Positions 28,822-38,993 of a stretch of 64,000 bases of DNA are shown piece after piece; position 1 is the stretch's first letter; the number at the start of each line of letters is the position of its first letter. The notes beneath the pieces are model-generated. The model worked only from the letters and a program-made list of their open reading frames with translations, had not been told where the DNA came from and did no database searches. Made by a program: the position numbers and the translations under genes. The stretch comes from an uncultured Poribacteria bacterium (lineage in GTDB: Bacteria; Poribacteria; WGA-4E; WGA-3G). The DNA lies in contig OX638351.1 in the NCBI GenBank assembly GCA_951813565.1, positions 2,144,001-2,208,000 of the forward strand. The letters are read 5' to 3'.

Positions 28822-29661
28822 ATGTCTGAAGAAAAAAAGAATGAAATCGCTCCTGTAGATGCTGAATATGAGGTTGTTGACCAAGTTGATGACCAAGCAA
28901 TCGTTGAACTGATGACTGGACAGACAATCCAAGATTACGTTTACTCTTTCAAACAAGGGGGACGCGTCGTTGAAGGGTTGACGTTGGCAGGTATTAACGA
29001 AGCTGCGAACCGAAGAGGTGGTATTCAGGTAGAAGAGATGAAGTATGAGGAACTTGAGCATTCCTGGATTGCCACTGTCAAAGCAGTAGATACGATCACA
29101 GGTTCATCTCGTTGGGGTGCGTATGAACAGCCGAAGATGAACGGGAGTCGTTCCGATCCGTTTGCATTTACTAAAGCGGTTCATAAAGCACAACGGAATG
29201 CAATCAAACAGTTGCTACCTGTTCCAGTAATTCGTGAGGTGCTAAATTTCTATCTGCATCGCAAAGCAGGCGGCGGCAATGCCCAGCAACAACCTCAAAC
29301 ACCACAGTCCGGTGATAATATCACTAACGCACAAAAAGCTGCTTTCGCAATTGCGAATAAGTTGTCAGAACCACTTGAAAAGGCAAGTATCAGTAAGGCA
29401 GACCTCTGGAACTATATTAAACGCAAGTACAGCGTAGAATCCCGAAATGACATGTCCGAACAGCAGTGGACACAACTTGCCGCAGAACTCAAAGCTGCAG
29501 AAACTACACCGAAATTGCTTGACGAACTGAGCAACCGTATTAAGCAATTAACCGCCGCAAATGAGGAAAGTGAAGTGCCTACTGTTAAAGAATCGGACGA
29601 GACTGAAACTTACAATGAAGCCGAAACCGATAAAACCGAATCTAAGGAACCCAATTTTTAA
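28822..29661 (+). CDS. Hypothetical protein, putative Rad52/ERF-like single-strand annealing protein
   Basis: GLTLAGINEA..ATVKAVD..RWG..DPFAFTKAVHKAQRNAIKQL core, Q/P linker, small helical C-domain, acidic tail. Confidence 0.5.
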   Translation: MSEEKKNEIAPVDAEYEVVDQVDDQAIVELMTGQTIQDYVYSFKQGGRVVEGLTLAGINEAANRRGGIQVEEMKYEELEHSWIATVKAVDTITGSSRWGAYEQPKMNGSRSDPFAFTKAVHKAQRNAIKQLLPVPVIREVLNFYLHRKAGGGNAQQQPQTPQSGDNITNAQKAAFAIANKLSEPLEKASISKADLWNYIKRKYSVESRNDMSEQQWTQLAAELKAAETTPKLLDELSNRIKQLTAANEESEVPTVKESDETETYNEAETDKTESKEPNF

Positions 29662-29673
29662 CAATAGGAAACA

Positions 29674-31017
29674 ATGTCTCTCAAAGCAGGATCCGCCAGA
29701 TCAAATATCACACCGCCACTTGGAACAGCAATACCAGGTGGATTTCGTCCGAGATACGCGCAAAACGTTGGTGATGAACTGTTCGCTAAGGCACTCGTCA
29801 TTGATAACGGTTCAACACGCATAGCGCTTGTCACATGTGACCTTATTGCAGTGACACAGAAAATGGTTGATGTCGCCAAACAACGTATCGCCGATAGGTG
29901 CGACATACCTCCTGAACATGTGATGATCAACGCTACGCATACGCATACAGCGGTTGCAGTTGCTAACCTGCTTGGCGTTGACGAGGATACTGATTATACC
30001 GATTGGGTACCCTTGAAAATCGCTGATGCTGCTGAACTTGCTGTGTTGCGGCTTGTACCAGCACGGGTTGGATTTGCAAGTGTTTCTGAAGACCGCATCA
30101 CTTTCAATCGGCGTTGGCACATGAAAGATGGCACCGTTCGCATGAATCCGGGTATTGAACATCCCGATCTTGTTAAACCGACCGGTCCAATTGACCCTGA
30201 ACTCGCAATGATGTATGTTGAAACGGAAGACAAAATACCGATCTCAGCAGTTGCTAACTTCTCGCTTCACTACATTGGCACGGACAACGGCAGCGCACTT
30301 TCTGCCGATTACTTTGGACACTTTGACCACCTGATGCAACGCTATTTAGGCGAAACTTGTATTTCACTGCTTTGGAATGCAGCATCGGGACAAATAAACA
30401 ATATTGATTTCAGCGGACAAACAAAGTGGACAGCACGGGGACATCAGCAAGCAGTGAAAATGGCGAACGTCCTCGCAGGGCATTTCATCACTGAGATGCA
30501 GTTCATGGAGATGCATGAAACCTTACAACTCAGTGGAAAACTTGGTACGTTGACGTTTCCGAGAAAGCAAATCACATCCGAGGACCTTGAAGTCGCAGAA
30601 AAGGTATTATCAGTAGAAACAGGTACTTATGATGGATATGAAACTGGTCCCTTTAGTTGGGTGGTTGGGCAACCGATTCCGAAAAATCTTGTGGATATTT
30701 ATGCACTTGAATGCCAACGGTTAGCGAAATTACCGGAACAGATGACTGCACCGGCTCAAGTGCTGCGTCTTGGTGAGGCTGCGATTGTCGCATTGCCTGG
30801 GGAAGTTTTCGTTGAGACTGGTCTTAACATCAAATCAAAATCCGATGCCAAACCTCTTTTTCTTGTCAGCTTGGCAAACGGTTATATCGGCTATATCTGC
30901 ACGGACGAAGCGTTAACGCAGCAGGGCGGATACGAGACTTGGGCGGCGATGTCGTCCCTTCCTGATGTTGGCACAGTAACGGCTATGGAAGCACTCGTTG
31001 CTGCATTGTTGGGTTAG
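29674..31017 (+). CDS. Neutral/alkaline ceramidase-superfamily hydrolase
   Basis: NITPPLG, DELFAKAL, INATHTHT, LSADY, LPGEVF, LANGYIGY. Confidence 0.75.
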   Translation: MSLKAGSARSNITPPLGTAIPGGFRPRYAQNVGDELFAKALVIDNGSTRIALVTCDLIAVTQKMVDVAKQRIADRCDIPPEHVMINATHTHTAVAVANLLGVDEDTDYTDWVPLKIADAAELAVLRLVPARVGFASVSEDRITFNRRWHMKDGTVRMNPGIEHPDLVKPTGPIDPELAMMYVETEDKIPISAVANFSLHYIGTDNGSALSADYFGHFDHLMQRYLGETCISLLWNAASGQINNIDFSGQTKWTARGHQQAVKMANVLAGHFITEMQFMEMHETLQLSGKLGTLTFPRKQITSEDLEVAEKVLSVETGTYDGYETGPFSWVVGQPIPKNLVDIYALECQRLAKLPEQMTAPAQVLRLGEAAIVALPGEVFVETGLNIKSKSDAKPLFLVSLANGYIGYICTDEALTQQGGYETWAAMSSLPDVGTVTAMEALVAALLG

Positions 31018-31134
31018 CCCGAATTTGTCTCTCATAAGTGTCAATTTAGCGTTACTTCAAAACGGTAGATGCGGTTTCTAACCGCATCGGTCAAAGTATA
31101 TTATTAATTGTGAATTTACTACTGTCAATTCTAC

Positions 31135-31343
31135 TTATTCTAACCCAAGTTGTTACCTATTGAATTTAATCGGTTTCGTTCTTTCTACTTGGAATGTTTA
31201 ATCTTCCGCTCCAGCGGAGCGATATGTTTATAGCATGCACATAGTCTCATTCTTCCGCTCCAGCGGAGCGATATGTGAGAATTTTGAGCATGTTGAGTAG
31301 ATATGTTGTCTTGTGTTTAGGTGGCAACTTACGTTATTCTAAC
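31135..31343. repeat. MITE-like element with two tandem 26-bp palindromic repeats
   Basis: TCTTCCGCTCCAGCGGAGCGATATGT at 31202 and 31251; imperfect IRs 31141-59 and 31318-36; TTATTCTAAC direct repeat at both ends. Confidence 0.7.
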
Positions 31344-31366
31344 AAACCTCTCAAAAGGAGTTTATC

Positions 31367-32158
31367 ATGAAAAGAACACTTGTGTTTCTCACGGTAATTG
31401 GTATGCTTATCATTTTTGCATCGCTTAGTAAGGCTAATCCCCCGGACGGATTAGTGCTGCATCTGAGTTTTGATAAAAACACCATTGATGGCAATACCGT
31501 TAAAGATCTGTCTGAAGAAGGCAATGATGGAACGATTCACGGCGAGGCAAAGACAGCTGCTGGGAAGTACGGCGAAGCGTTGGAGTTTGATGGTACGGAT
31601 GACTTTGTTGAAGTACCATTGGTAGATTCAATTACCTTTTCTACTGGCGATTCACTCACAGTACAGGTGTGGATCAAAACAGATGATCAGCCGCCAAGGA
31701 ACGATGGGATTGTCGGAAACTATAAACAAGGGACTGTTCCGTTATGGCTGCTCTCTGTCAAGGGAGACGACGCAGCGGCTCGTGGCAAGGTAAGTTTTTC
31801 TGTTCGGGATCCGGAACGCACCAGTGCTGGGGTAACGTCTCCGGACTTCTTGAACGATGACAAATGGCATGTCCTCGCTGGTGTCCGAGACCAGGAAGCA
31901 AAAAAAGTCCGATTCTACGTGGATGGTACGTTGATTGATGAAGTTGATGACAACACAAAGGACATCAACAGCGGACAGTCTATATGGATTGGAGAGCATT
32001 TGAGTCGATTTTACAAGGGCCTGATTGATGAAGTGAAGGTGTGGAATCGTCCCTTGACTGCCGATGAACTTGAGCAGTCAGGGCAGCAACCGGCTCCAGT
32101 TGATGTCACCGGAAAGTTGACAACTACTTGGGGAACGATCAAGGCAACGCTCCAATAA
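31367..32158 (+). CDS. Secreted LamG (ConA-like) domain protein with conserved C-terminal tail
   Basis: Signal peptide; GKYGEALEFDG, KWHVLAGV, FYVDG, GLIDEVKVWNRPL; ends PVDVTGKLTTTWGTIK. Confidence 0.88.
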   Translation: MKRTLVFLTVIGMLIIFASLSKANPPDGLVLHLSFDKNTIDGNTVKDLSEEGNDGTIHGEAKTAAGKYGEALEFDGTDDFVEVPLVDSITFSTGDSLTVQVWIKTDDQPPRNDGIVGNYKQGTVPLWLLSVKGDDAAARGKVSFSVRDPERTSAGVTSPDFLNDDKWHVLAGVRDQEAKKVRFYVDGTLIDEVDDNTKDINSGQSIWIGEHLSRFYKGLIDEVKVWNRPLTADELEQSGQQPAPVDVTGKLTTTWGTIKATLQ

Positions 32159-32361
32159 ACTACTTTCACTTTATCGTAGGGCGGGGTCTCTGTGCCCCGC
32201 CTTGGTTGTCTGAAGCAAGATTTACAGGATTATCAGATTTCCATGATTGTAGGCAACTTGAACAAACAAAACAACCCTAACTGGACGGCAAGCATATATA
32301 GACTTGGTTTGATTCCCTATACTTGTATTCTAATTTCAAACTCACACTAATTTGACATAAA

Positions 32362-33270
32362 TCAGCATCCGAGTAAATATTCTCGGCTATTTAATGCGTC
32401 TGCTAACGAATGTATAGTCGGCGCATTTTCAAGTAACAAATCCCCAGTATAGTCTCCCGATTGCAAACGCTGTTTAATAGCCTTAAAATCCACATATCCT
32501 TCGCTTATTTCTGATAACACTCTTGCCTCTGTTTTCTGTTTAAAATGTACTGACGTCAGGTCATCCATCTTGACGTTACCCCAAAATTCCTCCGGTGGAT
32601 TTAAGGTCGTTCCATCAGCACGATAGGTATTCGTTTCGTCATAAGTGAGTTTTACACCACCTGCAACAGCCAACCTCAAGGTTAACGTTGCTGACTGCCG
32701 CGCGTTCTCCACAGCAAAAATCATCGGATACTCCGGCAAAAGCGAGGCGTACCGCTGTAGATTGGAAATTGCTGCGTTTTCATCAATCTCACCTTCAGTA
32801 TCCAGATCAACAAGACGCAACCTCGCTCGTGAAGGACACAGTAGATATGCCAATTTCTTCGCGCTAACAATCTTTTGTGTATCTGCCTTAATATCATTCG
32901 GTTTTGATAGCCATGAGTGAGACATTGCGTAGCTTAGCGTCAATCCTGCTGCTTTTCGGGCAAAACCATCAATCTCTTTAAATAAGACAGAATGTTTTGT
33001 TTTATCTGAATCAAAACCCTCATTTGTAATAGTGCTATCCCACACAGCATCACAGATAGCCTTAAATTCTGCATCGGTATAATCAAGCATCGCTTCTTCA
33101 AGTTTTTGAATGAGGTCACCGAATTCGGAGTTGCGGAGATAATCGCCTTCGCGAACCTCCATATCTCTAAATCCGTTTCCACCGAATTCAACCATCAAAT
33201 CATCAAAACGCGCACCATTTTCTATCTCTTTAGCCCAGATATTGGTAACAATCCCAAGTCTTTCAAACAT
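32362..33270 (-). CDS. Hypothetical xylose-isomerase-like TIM-barrel protein
   Basis: FAVEN, LTYDETN, SVHFKQ, GYVDF, LLLEN metal-ligand pattern. Confidence 0.6.
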   Translation of the reverse strand: MFERLGIVTNIWAKEIENGARFDDLMVEFGGNGFRDMEVREGDYLRNSEFGDLIQKLEEAMLDYTDAEFKAICDAVWDSTITNEGFDSDKTKHSVLFKEIDGFARKAAGLTLSYAMSHSWLSKPNDIKADTQKIVSAKKLAYLLCPSRARLRLVDLDTEGEIDENAAISNLQRYASLLPEYPMIFAVENARQSATLTLRLAVAGGVKLTYDETNTYRADGTTLNPPEEFWGNVKMDDLTSVHFKQKTEARVLSEISEGYVDFKAIKQRLQSGDYTGDLLLENAPTIHSLADALNSREYLLGC

Positions 33271-33480
33271 TTTGACATCCTCGTGCTGTTTAAGGTATGA
33301 TATATAATGAAATATAAAAATATATTTATACATGGTAGCAGGCACGCTCCGCGTGCCGTCCGCACATTCAGCATTGATTTGGTGCCTTGTAAGCGCGCTG
33401 AATGACATGTAAGGTTAATTGGAAAATCTACTATAAAAGAAATCCATAAATAGGTCCTAACACATTTTCAAGGAGACGTT

Positions 33481-34158
33481 ATGACACAAAATCCCAAATT
33501 CACCGATGAACTGAGGCAATCTGCCTCACCAATCTGGGAGGCAGATCTTAAACATCCATTCGTTCGCGGAATAGCGGATGGAACGCTACCAACAGAAAAG
33601 TTCAAGTTCTACCTAATTCAAGATTATCTGTTCCTATTGGACTATAGCCGCGTATTTGCTTATGGCGCTATCAAGGCGCACGATGAAGCGACAATGGCAC
33701 TCTTTGCCAAACTGCTCGATGAAACGCTAAACACCGAAATGGATTTGCATCGTGGCTATTGCGAAAAATTCGGTATCTCTCCTGCTGAAATGGAAACAGC
33801 ACCGGTAGCACCGACAACATACGCTTACACGCGGCACCTACTCCACGTTGCACAAATCGGCACGTTGGCAGATGTCATTGCAGGTGTGCTCCCGTGTCAA
33901 TGGGGTTACGCTGAAATCGGCACGTCACTTGCTAAACACGGGGGTTCACCCGAACCACTATACCAAGAATGGATAGATATGTACGCTTCCCCTGAATTCC
34001 TTGCTTTAGGTGAATGGCTGCGGAACCTGCTGAACGACATCACAACTGAAAGCAGTCCCGCTGAAAAAGAGAGACTTCAGCAAAATTTTTTGCTTAGCAG
34101 TCGTTATGAATATCTGTTTTGGGAAATGGCATGGACTGAACAGGCATGGCAGATTTAA
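33481..34158 (+). CDS. tenA: Thiaminase II
   Basis: HPFV, YLIQDYLFL, LPCQWGY catalytic Cys, WIDMY, YEYLFWEMA. Confidence 0.92.
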   Translation: MTQNPKFTDELRQSASPIWEADLKHPFVRGIADGTLPTEKFKFYLIQDYLFLLDYSRVFAYGAIKAHDEATMALFAKLLDETLNTEMDLHRGYCEKFGISPAEMETAPVAPTTYAYTRHLLHVAQIGTLADVIAGVLPCQWGYAEIGTSLAKHGGSPEPLYQEWIDMYASPEFLALGEWLRNLLNDITTESSPAEKERLQQNFLLSSRYEYLFWEMAWTEQAWQI

Positions 34159-35945
34159 TCTGATTTCTCAATTGGCAGTGCAAAATGAAATACGGTGCCT
34201 TGTCCTAATTCGCTTTCCAGCCATATTCGTCCGTTGTGGCACAGCAGAATATGTTTTGTAATTGCTAATCCTAAACCGGTACCCCCCATTTTCCGCGCGC
34301 GTCCTTCATCAACACGGTAAAACCGTTCAAAAACGCGAGATTGAGACTCTAATGGGATACCGATGCCAGTGTCTTTTATATGGACAACAGTTTCATCGGC
34401 AGTATCTGGGTCTGTTTCAACCATTTCCGCTGACACGTCAATCACACCGCCATCAGGCGTATATTTAATAGCATTGTCAATGAGATTTACAAAAACCTGC
34501 ATGAAAAGTTGGCTATCCACGTTTACTTGAGGTAAATCTTCAGGTATTTGCCACTGCAAGGTTACTCCTGATTCTTCCAACACTGGTTCAAACACATCCA
34601 AAATCTGTTCATGGAAAGCATTTAGGTGGCACAGCGAACGTTTCAACTCAACATCTCCCGATTCAAGCCGTGCCAATTCCAGTAAATCGGAAACCAATCG
34701 TGAGAGGCGCGCTGAGTGATTTAGTATCTTAACAATAAACTCTTTGCGTTTTTTGTTTTTCGTAGAGCCGTTATTCAGTAGCGTTTCCGCGTATCCGTGA
34801 ATTGTGGTCAAAGGTGTCCGCAATTCATGTGAAACGTTGGCTACGAAATCCGCGCGAATCCGCTCCAATTGCCGCACATGGCTAACATCATGGATAACGA
34901 TGACATACTCACGCTCTGCAGCGACGGGGACAATAGTTACTTCCGCCTCAGATTCCTTCAGATTCACAAGACGAATTTCTGCAAAAGCAACAGCCTCTGT
35001 TTGTTCTGCTTCTCTGAGTAGCGCCTGCAGTTCAGGAATACGGTTAATTTCAATCAATGCTCTGCCGAGATACATTTCTGGAAGGTTCAACATAACAATC
35101 GCGGCTGGATTGGCGTAAGTAATCTCGGATGCGCCGTTTACCAGCAACACCCCCTCGCTCATGTTGTTCAGGATAGTTTCTAAACGTTGATTTTCTATGG
35201 AAATCCTGTCAATCTGCTCCTGAACCCTGTCTGTCATTAGGTTGAAATTCCGTGAGAGTTGTCCTAATTCATTGTCAGATTTAACCTCAACCCGTGAAGT
35301 ATTTTCTCCAGCAGCAATAGATTGTGTGATCTGCGTCAACCTATTAATCGGCTTAACAATCGCACCAGTGCTAAAAATCCCGAACAAAATTGCGAGAACT
35401 AATCCGGCTATAGTAGCATACAATAACATTCGCTGCTGGCTACCAATTGCCGTATTAATGGTTTCCTTTGGCAACGCGACACGGCAAAAACCTATTGATT
35501 TACCATTTCGTTCAACTGGAAACACAAGGTAACGGTACTCTGTCTGTGTTGTATCGCTAAAGCGGTCTTCACTACCAATCCCATTCTCAATAGCCTCCTG
35601 AACTTCTGGTCGAGAAAGGTGATTGTCCATCTCAATTAACAACTGATCATCTCGTTCCGTATCCCCCCAAACAACCCCATCCTCACCTATAAATGTCAAA
35701 CGTACCTTTCCCGTCTTACCAAGTCTATCAACAAGACCATCAATTATTTCATAAGTAAACTTTTCTGTTTCAGGGAGTTTCTCAATAAGAAATTCTCTCG
35801 TTAATGCCGCCTGAACTTCCAACTCATTGGTAATACGATCACTAAGCACGCCTTCAAGTGCCCTGCCAAGATAAAAGTCCATTGCAAGAAGTACTAAAAG
35901 GACAATGCCTATGTAACTAAGTATTAATTGTGTTCGGATACTCAT
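34155..35945 (-). CDS. PhoR-like sensor histidine kinase (2 TM, HAMP, PAS, HisKA, HATPase)
   Basis: NHLSRPEV, DFVANVSHELRTPLT, NLIDNAIKY, FERFYRVD, GGTGLGLAI. Confidence 0.9.
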   Translation of the reverse strand: MSIRTQLILSYIGIVLLVLLAMDFYLGRALEGVLSDRITNELEVQAALTREFLIEKLPETEKFTYEIIDGLVDRLGKTGKVRLTFIGEDGVVWGDTERDDQLLIEMDNHLSRPEVQEAIENGIGSEDRFSDTTQTEYRYLVFPVERNGKSIGFCRVALPKETINTAIGSQQRMLLYATIAGLVLAILFGIFSTGAIVKPINRLTQITQSIAAGENTSRVEVKSDNELGQLSRNFNLMTDRVQEQIDRISIENQRLETILNNMSEGVLLVNGASEITYANPAAIVMLNLPEMYLGRALIEINRIPELQALLREAEQTEAVAFAEIRLVNLKESEAEVTIVPVAAEREYVIVIHDVSHVRQLERIRADFVANVSHELRTPLTTIHGYAETLLNNGSTKNKKRKEFIVKILNHSARLSRLVSDLLELARLESGDVELKRSLCHLNAFHEQILDVFEPVLEESGVTLQWQIPEDLPQVNVDSQLFMQVFVNLIDNAIKYTPDGGVIDVSAEMVETDPDTADETVVHIKDTGIGIPLESQSRVFERFYRVDEGRARKMGGTGLGLAITKHILLCHNGRIWLESELGQGTVFHFALPIEKSD

Positions 35946-36020
35946 AAGTCTTTTCGTCTGCGCGTTATTGGGGTTCCGATTTAATGATAGCACATTTTTC
36001 AGGGAGTGTAAATATTTTGT

Positions 36021-36319
36021 CCATAGGTGTCAATTCAAGAATGTATCTTTTGTTGAAGAATTTGTAATCCCACATTGATGCCATATACCTTTCGCACCGC
36101 TGGTGCTTGGTTTCTTTTGGCACCTGTATTCTGGACACATTCCGCACCGGAATCAACGCAGCATGCGCGTATGGCATGCTGCGGGTGCTAAGATGCGATT
36201 TGCCAAAGCCTCGGAGAGGCGAAAGGTGTATCACAGCTGATGTCTGTGTTTACCAAGCCCCAGAGGGACGAAAGGTGTATCACATACACAAACGTTACTC
36301 ACTAAATTGACTCCTATGG
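36021..36319. repeat. MITE-like element, about 300 bp
   Basis: Terminal IRs CCATAGGTGTCAATT / AATTGACTCCTATGG (14 of 15 match); internal hairpin-GAAAGGTGTATCACA repeats. Confidence 0.65.
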
Positions 36320-36406
36320 AGCAGTTAGGAAACCGGACCTACCTGTCGCGGCATTCAAACGTATCATGGTTTTTTAACTTAAATTAACATCTATTTTTAG
36401 AACTTA

Positions 36407-36435
36407 TTGACATTTAAATTGGGCTTTGCTAAACT
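36407..36435 (+). promoter_or_regulatory. Sigma70-type promoter
   Basis: TTGACA-17 nt-TAAACT with TG extension. Confidence 0.6.
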
Positions 36436-36474
36436 GCAACTATGCTACAATTCAGCGAAACATGAGAGGCAATA

Positions 36475-37374
36475 ATGAATATCCGATATGAAGGTATTTT
36501 TTCACCGACGGTTACACCACTTGATGAAAAAGAACGCGTTGATGAACTCGGATTCGTCAAACAACTTAACCGATTGATTGACAACGGTGTTCACGGCATT
36601 TATCTGCTGGGTTCTTCTGGTGAGTTTACGACGTTAACAAATGCGGAGCGTGAACGTGCGTTAGACATCGCCACCAAAACTATCGCCGGACGCGTGCCTA
36701 TTATCTGTTGTGTGATGGATACAAGCACTCAGCGTGTCATCCAAAACATTGAGACAGCACAACAGTTTGAGGTTGATGCAGTTGCAGCGACTCCCGGTTA
36801 TTATTATCCCTCCACTGATGACGCAGACATAATCCAATTCTATCAGGAAATCGCCGCGAGCACTGAATTACCTGTGTTAATTTACAATATTCCGTCAACT
36901 GCGAAAACCGCAATCAAACCGCATATTGTTGCGCAACTGGCAGATGATTGTGATAATATCGTTGGAATCAAAGATAGTTCGGGTGATTGGATAAACAGCC
37001 TCCATCTCTTGGCACTGCTTGGTGAACGTGACGATTTCTCCATCTTCATCGGTTCGCATTTTATTATTGGGGCAGCGTTGCTATTCGGTGCTGATGGCGG
37101 GGTCATTTCTATCGCAAACGTCGCACCGAAAGAATCTGTCGCGCTCTACAACGCCGCAAAAGCACGCGATATTGACGAGGTTGACCGACTCCAAAAGTGG
37201 ATGATCAAGCTCAGCAAACTTTATACTTATGGGCAAGGTGTAAGTGGTATGAAGGCGTGTTTAGAGATTTTGGGCGTTTGTAAGGCATATACAACAAGTC
37301 CGTTGCTGCCGCTTAGTGATGCTGAGAAAGCAGAACTCAAGGAATTACTCGCCGAGTTAGGTCTTTTATCCTAA
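36475..37374 (+). CDS. DapA/NanA-family class I aldolase
   Basis: LGSSGEF, TPGYY, IYNIP, GIKDSSG Schiff-base Lys; substrate not assignable. Confidence 0.85.
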   Translation: MNIRYEGIFSPTVTPLDEKERVDELGFVKQLNRLIDNGVHGIYLLGSSGEFTTLTNAERERALDIATKTIAGRVPIICCVMDTSTQRVIQNIETAQQFEVDAVAATPGYYYPSTDDADIIQFYQEIAASTELPVLIYNIPSTAKTAIKPHIVAQLADDCDNIVGIKDSSGDWINSLHLLALLGERDDFSIFIGSHFIIGAALLFGADGGVISIANVAPKESVALYNAAKARDIDEVDRLQKWMIKLSKLYTYGQGVSGMKACLEILGVCKAYTTSPLLPLSDAEKAELKELLAELGLLS

Positions 37375-37526
37375 ACCATAGCAGATTTACAATTAACGAT
37401 ACACTATAGATTAGTGCACTTACAAAGCGTCCCTACCAATGAATGTAAGAGACGCAATGACTTGCGCGACTACAAACGCATCAACTCAAAAGAAAATGTC
37501 TGCTTGTTTTTATAATTCACCATATA

Positions 37527-38798
37527 ATGATTGAAATACAACCGATTCACAACCCACCTAACGCTACGATAGAGGTGCCCGGCTCAAAAAGCTTTACCAA
37601 CCGTGCGCTGTTAGTTGCTGCACTCGCACACGGAGATTCTACGTTAACCGGCGCGCTTTTCAGTGATGATACGCACTATATGTGCAACGCGCTCCGAAAA
37701 CTCGGTATCCACATTACGGAAAACAAGGAACAAGCTACCTTTGATGTCGCTGGAAATGGCGGAAATATCCCCGCTCAGGGTGCAGATCTCTATGTAGGCA
37801 ACTCAGGCACAACAACTCGTTCACTTATCAGTTTTGTCTCTCTCGGACACGGTAAATTTGTCATTGATGGTGATGAACCGATGCGGCACAGTCGCCCTAT
37901 GTCAGATTTACTTGATGCACTGACGCAGCTTGGTGTTTCTGCTCGCTCCCAATTTGAAAATGGACATCTCCCTGTTATTGTTCAAGCAGATGGACTTAAA
38001 GGCGGAAAAACGAGACTTGATACGAGCAAAAGTAGCCAGTTTCTAACATCGTTGATGCTCACCGCGCCGTGTGCTAAAAAAGGGATAGAGATTGAAGTCG
38101 TTGGTAATCTCAACACGTCTTATATTGACATAACGTTGGTGGTGATGAAGGCATTCGGTGCAAAGGTTATCCACAAAGAATATCAACGTTTCCACATTGC
38201 AGGCGGACAGCAGTATCAACCGCGTTCTTACCACATTGAGCCAGATGCCTCCAGTGCGTCCTACTTTTTCGCCGCAGCTGCGCTCACTGGTGGATGCGTT
38301 ACCGTGAAGCACTTATCCACAGGTTCTGCACAAGGCGATGTGCAATTTGTGTGTGTTTTGGAACAGATGGGATGTCAAATTACTGTTTCCGATGCCGGTA
38401 TTACTGTTCAGGGACCGCATCAGTTGAAGGGTATTGATGTAGATATGAAGACGATTTCGGATACTTCGCTGACCCTCGCTGCGATTGCCCCGTTTGCTGA
38501 TAGCACAGTCGCTATCCGAAATATTGAGCATACACGTTGGCAAGAAACCGACAGAATTCACGCGATGGTGACGGAACTCCGAAAATTAGGCGTGCATGTG
38601 GTTGAACACCGAGACGGACTTGAAATCTCACCTTCTCCGATTATGCCTGCAGCGATTGATACCTATAACGACCACCGCGTAGCGATGGCGTTTTCACTTA
38701 TCGGTTTAAAGGTGCCTGGCATTCGGATTAATGATCCTGATTGCGTTAGTAAGACGTTCCCTAACTTTTTTGAAGTGCTGCAAAAGTTATATTCCTGA
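37527..38798 (+). CDS. aroA: EPSP synthase
   Basis: PGSKSFTNR, GNSGTT, SSQF, ETDRI, TYNDHRVAM, VSKTFP. Confidence 0.95.
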   Translation: MIEIQPIHNPPNATIEVPGSKSFTNRALLVAALAHGDSTLTGALFSDDTHYMCNALRKLGIHITENKEQATFDVAGNGGNIPAQGADLYVGNSGTTTRSLISFVSLGHGKFVIDGDEPMRHSRPMSDLLDALTQLGVSARSQFENGHLPVIVQADGLKGGKTRLDTSKSSQFLTSLMLTAPCAKKGIEIEVVGNLNTSYIDITLVVMKAFGAKVIHKEYQRFHIAGGQQYQPRSYHIEPDASSASYFFAAAALTGGCVTVKHLSTGSAQGDVQFVCVLEQMGCQITVSDAGITVQGPHQLKGIDVDMKTISDTSLTLAAIAPFADSTVAIRNIEHTRWQETDRIHAMVTELRKLGVHVVEHRDGLEISPSPIMPAAIDTYNDHRVAMAFSLIGLKVPGIRINDPDCVSKTFPNFFEVLQKLYS

Positions 38799-38993
38799 TC
38801 GCACCTCTTCCTGTAGGAGCGAGCTCCAGCTCACGACTTAAAAGTAGTAGGCAAAACTAAATAACCAGCATTTTCATAATTTCTTTGATAATTTTGCTGT
38901 AGTACACTATACTTACTTAATAATTTTAAGGACATTCCCTTGAGTTATAGACGCGGTTTGCAGGGATTCCAGCTTGAATAGAGAAGTAATACC

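Noticed and set aside
31202..31276. Two identical 26-bp palindromic repeats as a mini-CRISPR
   Set aside because: Only two units, a 23-nt spacer, no cas genes, and enclosed by MITE-like ends
33280..33480. TPP riboswitch upstream of tenA
   Set aside because: No CUGAGA or other TPP core motif seen; the region holds a REP/MITE-like cassette
36475..37374. Calling the aldolase dapA proper
   Set aside because: GSSGE rather than GTTGE and no lysine-pathway context; family-level call only
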